64,000 bases of DNA from Dehalococcoidia bacterium (GTDB taxonomy: Bacteria > Chloroflexota > Dehalococcoidia > Bin125): the NCBI GenBank assembly GCA_963663895.2, contig CAXXRD010000001.1, positions 448,001 through 512,000 of the forward strand, written 5' to 3'. The notes under the pieces are model-generated. The model was not told where the DNA came from, ran no database searches, and was given only the letters and a program-made list of their open reading frames with translations. Shown piece after piece: positions 22,431 through 34,000 of the stretch. The position numbers and the translations under genes are program-made. The first letter of the stretch is position 1, and each line of letters begins with the position of its first letter.

Positions 22431-23624
22431 CTATGATCCCGCCAGCGCAGCCGTCACGTTTTGTTGGACCCGCCACAATTCTTCGTCCGTCAGGCAGTCG
22501 TATGCCCCGAGGCTGGAGTCGGCGATTGCAAGGAACTCGGTCGGATCCATCGTCGAGACATCCTTCAATCCGGAACTGAGCAGGTCCACGAACGCCGGGT
22601 TGTCCCTCGCGAAGTCCGCGAAACAGCTCGTGGATTCGTCGCTGACATCGCCCAGCGCCCATTCGAGGCCGGAGACGAAGATCGCGATGTTGGTCTCCGG
22701 CATGATGCAGTGGGAGACGGCACTCCCGATCGCCACCGCCTCCAGCACACTGGCGTCGAGCACCGTGGCGAATTGCTCCGCGGAAAGCCCCTCGCGGACG
22801 CAGGCCGCCTCGGACTCGGAGAGCAGGGCGACGATGTCAGTCCCGGTGGCCGAGGCGTTTCGATCTATGCCTCTCCAGATGTTCAAGGTGAAGTCCATCT
22901 TCTCTTGGTCGGACATGCACTCGTAGATCTGCACGTTGTAGTCGAGCGTCTCGGCCGGGTTGCTCGTCTCCGGCCCCTGCCATTCCAGTCCGATTCGGAC
23001 GTAGATCGCTTCCGGATGCTCCATGCCGATCTCGATCATGCACCGGCGAGTTTCCGCGGACCACCCGCCCGCCTGTACGTCGGTGAAGGCGACGCCCAGG
23101 ATCACGACGCTCTCCACCGTGAGGCAGTTGAAGAGGGGGGCCGCGCTGGCGACATTTGAGCCCGCCAACAGGAGCGGCGTGGCGCGGATGATCTGGTACA
23201 CGCCCTCGCCCATGCTTTCGCGGATACAGGAGATCTCGGCCTCGGAGAGGCGGTCCAGCAGATCCTGGCCGGTGGTCGCCGGGGTGATAACGAAGTCCTC
23301 CAGCGAACCCACGGGTTGCGGGTCTTTGGCGGGCTCTGGGGCGGGAGGCTCGGTCGGCTCCGGCTCCGTGATCGCCGGTTCGGGAGCCGGCTCCGGTTCG
23401 GGTTCGGGTTCCGCCGCCGGCTCCGGGGCGGGAGGCTCGGTCGGCTCCGGCTCCGTGATCGCCGGTTCGGGAGCCGGCTCCGCCACGGGCTCTGGAGCAG
23501 GAGCCTCGGCGGGCTCCTCGTCGGACCCGCAGGCGGCGAGCGCCACGAGTGCGATCAGTGCGAGCGCCATGACGAGGGCACCGCGCCAGACGGCACGGCC
23601 ATCAAGCCCACCTGGTGCACGCAT
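22431..23624 (-). CDS. Lipoprotein with Pro/Glu linker and two Cys-paired modules
   Basis: LAACGSD lipobox; LSEAEISCIR and LSESEAACVR modules. Confidence 0.8.
   Translation of the reverse strand: MRAPGGLDGRAVWRGALVMALALIALVALAACGSDEEPAEAPAPEPVAEPAPEPAITEPEPTEPPAPEPAAEPEPEPEPAPEPAITEPEPTEPPAPEPAKDPQPVGSLEDFVITPATTGQDLLDRLSEAEISCIRESMGEGVYQIIRATPLLLAGSNVASAAPLFNCLTVESVVILGVAFTDVQAGGWSAETRRCMIEIGMEHPEAIYVRIGLEWQGPETSNPAETLDYNVQIYECMSDQEKMDFTLNIWRGIDRNASATGTDIVALLSESEAACVREGLSAEQFATVLDASVLEAVAIGSAVSHCIMPETNIAIFVSGLEWALGDVSDESTSCFADFARDNPAFVDLLSSGLKDVSTMDPTEFLAIADSSLGAYDCLTDEELWRVQQNVTAALAGS
23338..23482. repeat. 58-bp exact direct repeat in the lipoprotein linker (87-bp period)
   Basis: 23338-23395 equals 23425-23482, encoding EPAPEPAITEPEPTEPPAP. 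Confidence 0.85.
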
Positions 23625-23883
23625 GGTCTCCCACCATTCAACACGGAATCGAATGCGAGTAAGTGTAGTATGAATTAGATCGAATTCTGATTATTACTAT
23701 CTTTCAAGCCACTTACCGCTTCCAGCGCTGGCCCACCTGCCCCACTTCTCATGACTCATCGGCCTGCGATTCAAGACACGGCGAGAGCTGAGCCTGGGGG
23801 AACCAGTCCGTCAACCGTATTGGGTCCCTCCGCGGAGAACCGTGGCGAGGGGCGGATGCACCCGCGGTGCGATGCTCGCCGCC

Positions 23884-25923
23884 TCAGCGGGGAAAGGCAC
23901 CAGGAATGCCGCCATCGACGGGGATGGAGGCGCCGGTGATCTTGGCCGCTCCGTCGGAAGCGAGGTAGGCGACGACATCCGCCACGTCCTCCGGGTAGAT
24001 CGGCTTGCCGAGCAGGTTGCGCCGCGCGTAGAAGGTCTCCAGCTCATCCGGGGCGACGCCGTGGGCAGCGGCGCGCCCGGCGCGCACATCGGGCGACCAC
24101 AGCTTCGAGCCGCGGAAAACCGCGTCGGGGTTGACGGCGTTCACGCGGATGCCGGCGTCCCCGTTCTCCAAGGCCAGGACACGCGCGAGCTGGGTCTCGG
24201 CCGCCTTGGCCGCGCTGTAGGCGCCGAACTCCGCTCCCGGGGCGAAGGCGTTCTTAGAGGAAACGAAGATCAGGCTGCCGCCGCGGCCCTGGCGTCGCAG
24301 GAGACGGACGGCTTCGCGCGCCACGAGGAAGTGCCCGGTGGCGTTGACCGCGATGCTCCGCTCCCAATCCGAGGTCGCCAGCTCGTCCAAGCGGGAGACG
24401 ACCGCGATGCCCGCGTTGGAAACGAGGATATCCAACCCTCCGTAGGCGGCCGCGAGCGTGACGAAGCCGTTACGCACCGCCCCTTCGTCGCCGACATCCA
24501 TGGGCAGCGACAGGGCGGTGCGCGGCTGTGGCGATCGCTCCTGGATGGCGGCGGCGACCGCGTCGGCGCCGTCCCGGTCGATGTCCGCGATCGCGACGAC
24601 TGCCCCCTCCAGCGCGAGCCGCTCCGCGATCGCCCGCCCGATACCGCTCGCGGCCCCCGTCACCAGCGCGATCCGGCCCTGCAACGGCAACGGTCGAGGC
24701 GCCAGGCCAAGCTTGTAGAGCTCAAGCGGCCAGTATTCGACCTCGAACAGGGCCTCTTCGGAGACGGGTCGGTACTCACCGACCACGGTGGCGTCCTGCT
24801 GGACGGCGAGGGAGCGGCGGGCGATGTCGAGCGCGATCCGTGCCGCCCCGCTCGACCGGGCGGCGGCGAAGACACCCAGGCCCGGAATCAGGATGAGCCG
24901 CGGATAGGGGTCGAGGCGAGGCGTTTCCGGACGGGCGTGGCGTTGGACATATTCCTCGTATTCCCGAACGTAGGCGCCGATCGCCGCGCGCACGGCGCGA
25001 TCGAGCGCCTCCGGACCGGCGTCCGCAGGCGAGTGAACGAAAGCCGGCCAGCCTTTGGTGCGGAGGGCATGGTCCGGCGTCGCCGGACCGCGACGGGCGA
25101 TCGCGGCAGCGCCGGGATCCGCCAAAAAGCTGAGAAGCGCCGGAGCGGCGGCGTGCTCGACCACGACGGGCTGCGCGATGGCGCCGCGAATCGCGGTGGC
25201 GGCGCATCCGACAAGCTCCGCGGGCGGGCGCGGTACGGAGCCACCGAAGCGGCGGGCCGCGCGCGCGGATTCGGCGATGAACGCCTCGGCCTCGCTCACA
25301 AGGGCGATGGTGCGCTCATACGATGCGCGTGCATCGTCGTCGAACGTAAGCAGTCCATGGTTGACGAAGGCCACGCCCTCGGCCGATCGATCCGCCTCCC
25401 AGGCCTCCACAACGGCGCGCGACAGGGCGAAGCCGGGACGGACCCAGGGCACGACCGCAAGGCGCCGCCCGAAGACCCGGCGGATGGCCGCCGCGCCGTC
25501 CGGCTGGTTGGTCAGCGCCACGATGGCGTCCGCGTGGGTGTGGTCGACGTACCGATGGGGCAGGAATCCGTGCAGCAGCGTCTCGATCGATGGCCGCGGG
25601 TCGTCCGGATCCAGGAGCGCGCGCCGGAGGCGATCGATCATCGCCTCGTCGCTCAGCGTCTCAACCTGACGCAGCGCCCGCACATCATCGAGGCGGACGC
25701 CGGCGAAGTGCTTGCGCTCGATCGTCTTGAGATCCGAGCCGCTGCCCTTCACGCGCAGCACCTCAATGGCGTCGCGGCGGAAATCGCTCTCGGATCGCTT
25801 CACGGAGGTGTTGCCGCCGCCCCAAAGCACAAGGGACGGCTCCGCGCCCAGCAAGCGTGAGCTGTAGACGCGCAGGTCCAGCGGGTCAGGGGGGGCGTCG
25901 GCATCGGACCAGCGGCTCCGCAT
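23884..25923 (-). CDS. Bifunctional rhamnulose-1-phosphate aldolase/short-chain dehydrogenase
   Basis: [31 protein letters not shown]; EYWPLE.YKL; [19 protein letters not shown]. Confidence 0.9.
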   Translation of the reverse strand: MRSRWSDADAPPDPLDLRVYSSRLLGAEPSLVLWGGGNTSVKRSESDFRRDAIEVLRVKGSGSDLKTIERKHFAGVRLDDVRALRQVETLSDEAMIDRLRRALLDPDDPRPSIETLLHGFLPHRYVDHTHADAIVALTNQPDGAAAIRRVFGRRLAVVPWVRPGFALSRAVVEAWEADRSAEGVAFVNHGLLTFDDDARASYERTIALVSEAEAFIAESARAARRFGGSVPRPPAELVGCAATAIRGAIAQPVVVEHAAAPALLSFLADPGAAAIARRGPATPDHALRTKGWPAFVHSPADAGPEALDRAVRAAIGAYVREYEEYVQRHARPETPRLDPYPRLILIPGLGVFAAARSSGAARIALDIARRSLAVQQDATVVGEYRPVSEEALFEVEYWPLELYKLGLAPRPLPLQGRIALVTGAASGIGRAIAERLALEGAVVAIADIDRDGADAVAAAIQERSPQPRTALSLPMDVGDEGAVRNGFVTLAAAYGGLDILVSNAGIAVVSRLDELATSDWERSIAVNATGHFLVAREAVRLLRRQGRGGSLIFVSSKNAFAPGAEFGAYSAAKAAETQLARVLALENGDAGIRVNAVNPDAVFRGSKLWSPDVRAGRAAAHGVAPDELETFYARRNLLGKPIYPEDVADVVAYLASDGAAKITGASIPVDGGIPGAFPR

Positions 25924-25989
25924 ACGGGCATGGTAGCGACGGGCCGCTTACCAATCCGGTTGAGAGATCTATGTCGCTGTAGAAGCTCT

Positions 25990-27159
25990 CTATGCCCCGG
26001 TAGGACGCAGCGTGTGGTGGAGGTGGCCTACGTGGTGGCTCTCGGTACAGGCGGCCGCCGATTGCTCCATCTGGATCGTGACGTGCCCGATGCCGTATTC
26101 CTTGTGCACGATCTCTTGCATCTGGTTGAGAAGCAGACCGGCATCTCCCTCATAAGAAGGATCCAGGAGCACGTGTGCCGTAAAGGCCTCGCTTCCCGAC
26201 GTGATGGTCCAGACGTGAACATCATGGATGAGGGTCACGCCTTCCATATCCTCAATCTGACTGCAGAGCTTATACACGTCGATATGCTCGGGAGTCCCTT
26301 CCAACAGCACATGGAAGACCTTCATCACGAGATGCCAGGTGCTGAACATGATCAGCAACGCGATCACGACGCTCAGGATCGGGTCGATGAGCGTCCAGCC
26401 CGTGCTCAACACCACGATGCCGGAGAGCACCACGCCGACGGACCCCAGCAGGTCGGCCATGACGTGCTTGAAAGCGCCTTCGACGTTGAGGCTGTGCTCC
26501 GAAGAGCGGTGAAGTATCCAAGCGGCGCCCAAGTTCACCAGGAGCCCGCCGATACCCACGCCCATCATCAGCCATCCATCGATGTGCAGCTCACTGGCGC
26601 CGTGCCTGTGGAATTCCTCAAACCGATGGTATGCCTCAAATAGGATCCAGCCCACGATCAGCCAGAGCGCCAGGGCGTTGAGCAGAGCGGCCAGGATCTC
26701 GGTGCGGTAGTAGCCGTAGGTTCGTTCGATGGACGCTTCCCGATCCGCGATCCACATGGCGAAGAGGGCGAGGCCAATGGCTGCGGCATCGGTGGCCATG
26801 TGCCCGGCGTCGGCGAGAAGAGCCAGGCTGCCTGAAGCGATACCGCCGATCACTTCAGCGACCATGTAGCTCGAAATCAGTACCAGAGCAAAGATCAGAC
26901 TGCGGCGGCTGCTTCCCCGCAAGTCGTGCGCGTGGTCGTGGCCACCGTGGCCGTGATCATCGTGGTCGTCGTGCCCCGCGTGGTCATGGCCTTCGTGATC
27001 GTCGTGCCCCGCGTGGTCATCGTGGCTATCGTGATGGCGACGATCGTCCTCGGCACCACCACCGGCACTCGCCGAGTAGTACTCGTCCCCCACAGCCACG
27101 GTACTCGGCTTCAACCACCCGAGTACCGCCCTGCATATCGACGTGACCGCTTGGCGCAC
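25990..27159 (-). CDS. Cation diffusion facilitator (CzcD/ZitB-like) with His-rich N-terminus
   Basis: SLALLADAGHMATD; TYGY.R.E; HVMADLLGS; HDVHVWTI; HDDHAGHDDHEGHDH tail. Confidence 0.9.
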   Translation of the reverse strand: MRQAVTSICRAVLGWLKPSTVAVGDEYYSASAGGGAEDDRRHHDSHDDHAGHDDHEGHDHAGHDDHDDHGHGGHDHAHDLRGSSRRSLIFALVLISSYMVAEVIGGIASGSLALLADAGHMATDAAAIGLALFAMWIADREASIERTYGYYRTEILAALLNALALWLIVGWILFEAYHRFEEFHRHGASELHIDGWLMMGVGIGGLLVNLGAAWILHRSSEHSLNVEGAFKHVMADLLGSVGVVLSGIVVLSTGWTLIDPILSVVIALLIMFSTWHLVMKVFHVLLEGTPEHIDVYKLCSQIEDMEGVTLIHDVHVWTITSGSEAFTAHVLLDPSYEGDAGLLLNQMQEIVHKEYGIGHVTIQMEQSAAACTESHHVGHLHHTLRPTGA

Positions 27160-27280
27160 TACTTCGAAACCCTTAGCAGATACCGGTCTTGCACAACTGA
27201 AAGATCGTTGAGGAGAAGGCTCGATCTGTGACGGTTCCGGCGGCTCCCTTAATCCCTAGATCCGACGAGAGGACACGCTA

Positions 27281-27306
27281 ACACATATAGAAGACACATA
27301 TAGAAG
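27281..27306. repeat. 13-bp tandem repeat upstream of the CDF gene (possible operator)
   Basis: acacatatagaag twice, adjacent to TG-N-TAGCGT on the minus strand. Confidence 0.5.
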
Positions 27307-27466
27307 AGTCCTGCCGCCCCTAACGAAACCGGCAGGACTCAATGAATTGGAGATCCCAGCAGCGGAACAATTCCACCCGCCAGAGTACGAACCGGATCTC
27401 GTGCCCTAGTCCGGCTCCGCAAACGGCGCGCCCCACCGGAATTTCCCTTGGCGAAACCGAGCGCGA

Positions 27467-27664
27467 CTAGTGGTCGTGGTGCTCGTGGTCGTCGCACTCG
27501 TGCGGATCGTGCACGTGGGCGTGGTGCTCATGATCGTCGCACTCGTGCTGGTCGTGCACGTGTCCCGGCTCATCGCTGTGGTGCTCATGATCGTCGCACT
27601 CGTGCTGGTCATGCTCGTGAGCGTGGTGCTCGTGGTCGTCACATTCGTGCTGGTCGTGAGGCAT
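27467..27664 (-). CDS. His/Cys/Asp-rich repeat microprotein (65 aa), putative metal-binding
   Basis: GGAG RBS before ATG 27664; HD(Q/P)HECDDHEHH four times; co-oriented upstream of the CDF gene. Confidence 0.65.
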   Translation of the reverse strand: MPHDQHECDDHEHHAHEHDQHECDDHEHHSDEPGHVHDQHECDDHEHHAHVHDPHECDDHEHHDH

Positions 27665-27947
27665 GGAAACTCCCGTATACCCTTTCACCGTCAGACAGTA
27701 TTTGCGCGGGCATCTTCACGCATGTTGACGGCACTGACAAGAGGAATCCTTAAATAATTTATAACAAGAATGGTTACTATATCTGATACTAGTAAGCCCA
27801 AATCATAACAAGAGGAAATCACAGCCCTGCGGCCTTTCCCGATGCCATCCATCGCCACCCTCTGTAGGATTCATCGCTCAACCCTGATCCCGCGGAGTGG
27901 CCCGCCTTCGGCGACCGCCCGTCCGTGGGCCGTATGATGCCTCCGCG

Positions 27948-30900
27948 ATGCCGTTCACGATCCAGACCGTCCCCACCCTGAAGGCTGCGGAGGAGCGGCT
28001 CGCTGCGTTCCTGGGCTCCGTCCGCACCGAGCCCACCCGGCGGATCAACATCCTGACGGGCTCGAACGCGCAGCGCATCTACTTTCGCCGGTTGCTGGGC
28101 AGGCATTTCGGCGCCACGGCCAACGTGCGCTTCGCCACGCCGGTGGATCTGGCGGAGGAGATCCGGCGCGCGGCCGCCGCGCCGCGCCGCCCGCGTCTGC
28201 CCGACGGCGGCGACGTCCTGCTCGTCGCGGAGCTCCTGCGCCGCCTGCGCAGGAACGGCCAGCTCGATCAGCTGGATCCCGATCTGCAAGGTATCGCCGA
28301 GGCGGCCCGTGGAGCACTCAACGACCTGCGTGAGGGCGGTATCAGCAGCGGGGAGTTTCGGCGCGCGCTGCGCCGGAGCGACGCCCGCAAGCTGCACGAC
28401 CTCGCCGCCCTGTACGCCGCTTACGAATCGATCGAGGACACGTCGGCCTTCCTAGACCGGCCGGCGCTCTACCGGGAGGCGCTCGACGATCGCGTCTCGG
28501 ATGAAGCCGTGCAGCGCGCGTTGGGCGGTGCTCCGACCGCCGTGATCGGGCTGTACGACGCCCCTCCCGTACAAGTCGCCCTCATCCGGCGGTGCGCGGA
28601 GGTCGTCGACCTAGAGATCATCCTAGTTGCGACGGCGGAGCCGGAATTCGCATTCGCGGACAACTTCAAGGACGCGCTCATCAAGGCCGGCGCAACGGTC
28701 CAAGACGATCCCGACCACCTGACGGACGCGTCCAAGATCCGAGCGGCGACGGCGCACTTCAGCGCGCCCACTAGACAGGCCGAGGCGGAGGAGGTCGCCC
28801 GCCAGATGCTGGCGTTGGCGCGCGACCACGGCGTGCCGTTTAACGAGATGGCCGTCCTGCACCGTTTAGACCACGGCTATGACGACCTCATGGCCGCCGT
28901 GCTGAGCCGCGCCGGCATCCCGGTCTACCGCGGCGCTGGCCACCCCGTGCGGCACACCGCAGCCGGCCGTGCAGTGCTGGTGCTGCTGAATCTGCTGCTT
29001 GAGTCGCCAACGCGACACCGGCTGCTGGAGTTCCTCGGGAATCCCGCGTTGCGCCCCGATATTCCCACGCTGGGATCGGCGGTGCCGCCACAAGTGCGTC
29101 CGCAGCCGGTCCGCTGGGAGCGCATCTCGAAAAGCGCGGGGATGGTCGCCGGGTGGGAGCGCTTCCAAACCCAACTGGATGCGCACGTCAAGATGCTGCG
29201 CGATCGGGAAGACCAGGAGCGGAGGGGAGGAGCCTTGCAAGCGGCGGCGGAGCTGCGGGGCGTTGTCGCACGCCTCGCAGCGGCGGCGGAGGCCGGGAAA
29301 ACGCTCCCAAGCTGGTCTGACTACGGCGACTGGCTTTGGGGCGTTCTCGACGCCTATCTCGCACCCGAAGAAGAGGAGGGGCCGCTGTCGACGATCCGCT
29401 CGCAGATCGAGGCGCTGCGGCAGCTTGACCGGGCAGACCTCCCCGTCGACGCCGCGCGCTTTCACCATGCGGCAGCGCACGCCGTGCGCCGGGCCGTCGA
29501 GTCCGGCGGCTTCCTGGAGCGGGACGGCGCCTTCCTAGGAAACGTGAACGCCGCACGCTGGCTGCGCTTCCAGGCCGTGTTCCTCACGGAGTGCGCCGAA
29601 CGCATCTTCCCTTCCCTGATCCAACTCGATCCGATCCTGCTGGACGACGAGCGAGAGATGCTGAACCGGCGCTTGCGGCGCAAGGCGTTGCCGATCAAGC
29701 GTGAGCGCGCGCAGGAGGAGCAGCTGCTCTTCGCCTTGGTCGAACAGTCCGCCAGGCGCTTCCTCACGATCTCGTGGGCGCGGCGCACGACGACATCGGG
29801 CGCTCCCCGGCTCTCGTCGACGTTCTTGCGGAAGTCGGTCCGGAGTGGTCGCGAGGAGGGGGTGACCGAGCGGGAGCTAGTCGAGCAAGGCCTGATCAGA
29901 CGGTTGCCGGCACGGCTGGCAGGGGCCGCGCCTTCGCCCGAGCAGCTGGCCGCGCGCGACTGGCACGCCACGGAAACCGCGCTCGACGCAACGGACTTCG
30001 CGCTTGCGCTGCTCGAAGCGGCCCCCGCCGGGGCGCCGACCGTCCTGCGCGCGCTGTGGCCCGACCATGAGCGCTACCAAGCCGCGCGCGCGGAGCGGAA
30101 CGCGTCGTACTTCAGCGCGTACGACGGCCTCATCCCGCCGGGCGCGTTGCAACGCGATCCACTGTCGCCCTCCACAAGCGCCACAGGCCTTGAGGAGTAC
30201 GCCACCTGTCCTTACCGCTACTTCCTGCGGCGCGTGCTGCGCGTAGCCGCCGTCGCAGAGCCCGGCGAGGCGCTGGAGATGACGCCGCTCGACCGGGGCG
30301 ATCTGGTCCATACGATTCTCGAGCGTTGGATCAGGCGCTGGATCGAGGCCGGGCGCGAAGGACAAGCCGATTGGCCAACGTACCTGCGCGACGAGGCGCC
30401 CCTCATGCAGATCGCGCAAGAGGAGTTCACGGCCGCAGACCTGAGCGGCTTGGCCGGCCTCCCGGCGACCTGGGATGTCGTGCGCGAGGAGGTCCTGTCC
30501 GACCTGCGCCGCGTGCTGGAGCTGGAGCGGGCACGCGGCGCAGAGGGCCATCGCCCCATCGGCGTGGAGATCGACTTCGGCGACCTTGCGGTCCCGCTGC
30601 CCGACGGCACCGAACTCCGATTCCGCGGTCGCATCGATCGCGTGGACCGGGGACCGGAGGGCATCGTCGCGATCGACTACAAGACGGGAGCCTCCCGCAA
30701 GCGCGCGGAAGACTACCGCGACGGATCGGCGCTACAGCTGCCGATCTACTTACTGGCGGCGGCGCGGGAGTTCGGGGACGAGCCCGGCGCCGCGCGCGCC
30801 GAGTACTGGTACGCGACGCGCAAGGGCAACTTCGCGCGCAGTAGCTTGGACGGCGCAACGGTCTTGGCCGATGCGGCCTGGGCCGACGCACTCGCCAGCA

Positions 30901-31097
30901 TCAGCGCCGGGGTGCGGGCGGGTCGCTTTTTCCCCTATCCAGGGAAAGCCGATGGCGGCCGGCGGCGCCCCAATTGCACGTTCTGCGACTTCGCCAGCGT
31001 CTGTGCGACCGATGTGGACCAGCGCTTCGAGGCCAAGGAGAAGCAGGATCAGGACACGATTCGAGCGTTCCGTACGCTGCAGGCGCAACGAGCATGA
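27948..31097 (+). CDS. addB: AddB-like inactive helicase + PD-(D/E)XK nuclease with Fe-S cysteines
   Basis: CPYRYF; RG.LVH; GRIDRVD; IDYKTG; LQLPIY; CTFCDFASVC; TATGAT upstream. Confidence 0.8.
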   Translation: MPFTIQTVPTLKAAEERLAAFLGSVRTEPTRRINILTGSNAQRIYFRRLLGRHFGATANVRFATPVDLAEEIRRAAAAPRRPRLPDGGDVLLVAELLRRLRRNGQLDQLDPDLQGIAEAARGALNDLREGGISSGEFRRALRRSDARKLHDLAALYAAYESIEDTSAFLDRPALYREALDDRVSDEAVQRALGGAPTAVIGLYDAPPVQVALIRRCAEVVDLEIILVATAEPEFAFADNFKDALIKAGATVQDDPDHLTDASKIRAATAHFSAPTRQAEAEEVARQMLALARDHGVPFNEMAVLHRLDHGYDDLMAAVLSRAGIPVYRGAGHPVRHTAAGRAVLVLLNLLLESPTRHRLLEFLGNPALRPDIPTLGSAVPPQVRPQPVRWERISKSAGMVAGWERFQTQLDAHVKMLRDREDQERRGGALQAAAELRGVVARLAAAAEAGKTLPSWSDYGDWLWGVLDAYLAPEEEEGPLSTIRSQIEALRQLDRADLPVDAARFHHAAAHAVRRAVESGGFLERDGAFLGNVNAARWLRFQAVFLTECAERIFPSLIQLDPILLDDEREMLNRRLRRKALPIKRERAQEEQLLFALVEQSARRFLTISWARRTTTSGAPRLSSTFLRKSVRSGREEGVTERELVEQGLIRRLPARLAGAAPSPEQLAARDWHATETALDATDFALALLEAAPAGAPTVLRALWPDHERYQAARAERNASYFSAYDGLIPPGALQRDPLSPSTSATGLEEYATCPYRYFLRRVLRVAAVAEPGEALEMTPLDRGDLVHTILERWIRRWIEAGREGQADWPTYLRDEAPLMQIAQEEFTAADLSGLAGLPATWDVVREEVLSDLRRVLELERARGAEGHRPIGVEIDFGDLAVPLPDGTELRFRGRIDRVDRGPEGIVAIDYKTGASRKRAEDYRDGSALQLPIYLLAAAREFGDEPGAARAEYWYATRKGNFARSSLDGATVLADAAWADALASISAGVRAGRFFPYPGKADGGRRRPNCTFCDFASVCATDVDQRFEAKEKQDQDTIRAFRTLQAQRA

Positions 31098-34000
31098 GTA
31101 AGCGGCTTCCCGCAGATCAAGCGGTGCGCGACAGCGCCATCCGCGATCTCGACAGGTCGATCTTCCTGCGGGCGGGAGCCGGTAGCGGGAAGACGAGCGT
31201 GCTCGTCGGACGTCTGATCGAGGCGGTGCGGACGGGGCGGGCGGAACTGCGTCAGATCGTGGCGATCACCTTCACGGAGAAGGCGGCTGGGGAGCTACGG
31301 GACCGTGTCCGGCGCGAGCTGTACAGGACGTTGCGTGCGGTTGAGGGCGAGGAGGCGGAATGCCTGCGCCGCGCGCTTGGTCAAGTCGACGCGGCGCACA
31401 TCGAGACGATTCACGCCTTCGCATCGAGCCTGTTGCGCGAGCGCCCGCTGGAGGCGCGCTTGGATCCGCACTTCCGGGTGCTGGATGCCGTGGGGGAGCA
31501 GCTGGCGTTCGAGCAGGCCTGGCAGGACTGGCTCTGGTCCGAGCGGGATCCCGAGGCACGTCCTCGGGTGGAACGTTGCCTGCGACTGGGCATGTCGCTC
31601 GACACGCTGCGCGATCTCACGCACCGGATCACCGAGACGCGCGACCTCGACCCACGCCAATCGATCGCGGCGCCCCCCGCCGCCACCACGGTGTACGACG
31701 CGTTGCGGAGCAAGCTGGAGGATTTGATTGCCGCGTCGCGCGAAGAGGGAGAAAGTCCGCAGGCCCGGAAGCTCCTCGACCAACTGCACGGCTTCGAAGG
31801 GCTGGCACCGCCCGCGCTTGAAGCGGCGCTCACGCAGCTCCAGATCACGCCACCCCGCTCGGGCCGACGCGGCGGCGAGGCACGCCTGCGCCAGGATGAA
31901 GCGTGGCGCGCCCTCAAGGAGCAGCATCAGCAGTACGCCGAGGCGGTGCGAACCCAGGCGCTGACAGAGCTGATCGCGGTCGCCTATCGTTTCGTCGTCG
32001 ACGACGCGGAGCGGCGGCGGCGCGAGGGCACGCTCACGTTCGAAGACCTCCTCATTCGCGCCCGCGATCTGCTGGTGGAGTCGCCCAGTGCACGCGAATA
32101 CTTCCGGCAACGCTTCAAGTTCCTGCTGATCGACGAGTTCCAGGACACGGACCCGCTGCAGGCCGAGATCGTACTGCTGCTCGCGGGGCAGGGGAGCGCC
32201 ACGCACTGGCGCGAGGCCGAGGTCACACCGGGACGGCTATTCATCGTGGGCGATCCGAAGCAGTCGATCTACCGCTTTCGCCGCGCCGACATCGATATCT
32301 ACGCGGAGGTCGAAGATCTCTTCCAGCGGCATCCGCAGGGCGCCGCCGCTTCGCGCGTGGACACGCTCGATGTGAACTTCCGCTCGCGGCCCGATCTGGT
32401 CGCATGGCACAATCACGTGTTCCAAGCGCTGATCCGGCCCGACCCCGACTTCATCCGTGCCCAGCCGGCGTATCGGCCTTTGCGGGCACACCGCGAAGAC
32501 GCCGGGACGGCCGTCATCCGCCTGCTGCCGAGCAGCGGCGTCCAGTGGCCGCGGATCAAGGAAGCGCGCGAGGAGGAAGCGCGGACGATCGTGCGGTTTA
32601 TTCAGACGGTCGTCAAGACGGACGAGTTGGAAGTTACGGTCCGGGAATCCGACGGTGTCACGCCGCGACGACCCCGCTACCGGGACATCTGCCTGCTGGT
32701 CCGGAACCGCACCGGGCTGGAACTCTACTCGGCCGCGTTGGAAGGGCAGGGGGTGCCCTACCACCTCGACAGTGGCCGGGGGTTCTTTCTCCAGCAAGAG
32801 ACCCGCGAGGCGGCGGCGCTGCTGACCGCTCTCGACGACCCCTCGGATGAAGTCGCGGTTGTCGCAACGCTGAAGAGCGCACCGTTCTCCGCCTCGGACG
32901 TGGAGCTGTTGGAGTTCGCGCAGGCCGGCGGCCGTTTCCGGATCGACGCGGCCGCCTTGCCCGCCAGCTACAACGGCCCGCTGCGTGATCACTATGCCGT
33001 GTTGCTGCAGCTGCTCCAGCAGAAAGCGAAGATGCCGCTCCCCGTCTTCGTCGACCATGTCTTCCGCGAGACCCACCTCCTGGAGATTCAGCTTGCCCGC
33101 CGCAGCAGTCAGCGGGCGGCGAACCTGCACCTCATCGTGCAGCGGGCCGCGGATTTCGCCGCGAACGAGGTCGATTCGCTGCGCCCCTTCGTCCGCTGGC
33201 TGAGCACGCAAACCCGCACGGACTTGGCGGAAGCGGAGTGGCCGGTCACCGAAGCCGACGAGGACGTTGTGCGGATCCTCACGATCCATCAAGCCAAGGG
33301 ACTCGAGTTTCCCATCGTGGTGCTGGCCAAGCTGGCGAGCGCCCAGACCCCCGATCGCACCATCGCCGTGGTCAACCGCGAGCGTGGAACGATCGACTTT
33401 CAGATCGGCCGGCGCGACGCCCGCTTCCAAACGCCCCACTTCGCCGAGGAGCAGGTCCGCCAACGGCGCTACGAGACGGCGGAAGAGCGCCGCCTGCTCT
33501 ATGTGGCGGCGACACGCGCTCGCGATTTCCTCGTACTTCCGACCTTCTTCACCAACCGCGCAAAGGGCTACCACAACGACCTGGAGGAGACGCTACCGGG
33601 CTGGATGACGCTGGACTACGACGTGCAGGCGCCGGGGATGGACAACGTGCGCATGGAGGAGCTTGTGCCGGTGCCAAGCACGATGCCGCCAACCCCGCGG
33701 CCCGATGTCGCCGGCACGCGGGCTCGCTGGCAGGCGGCGCGTGAACAGGCGTTGAAGGTTGGGGCAGCGACGCGCGCGTTCATCACACCGTCCCGCATCG
33801 GCGAAGACCGCTTGAAAGAGCCGCGCGAAACCGCGCCCCGGCGATGGGATGAAACCGGCTCCGAGGGAGGCCGCCATCTGGGCACGCTGATCCACGAGGC
33901 CCTGCGCACTGCCGCGCTCGCCGACCTGCCGCTCTCCATCGAGCGAGGTAGGAGCCTGTGCCTAGAGCGGGGGCAGAGCGAACTCGCGGACGAAGTCGAG

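Noticed and set aside
27467-27664. Regularly spaced repeats that could be a mini CRISPR array
   Set aside because: Spacers are 9-21 bp, in frame, and the variation is synonymous, which fits a coding repeat
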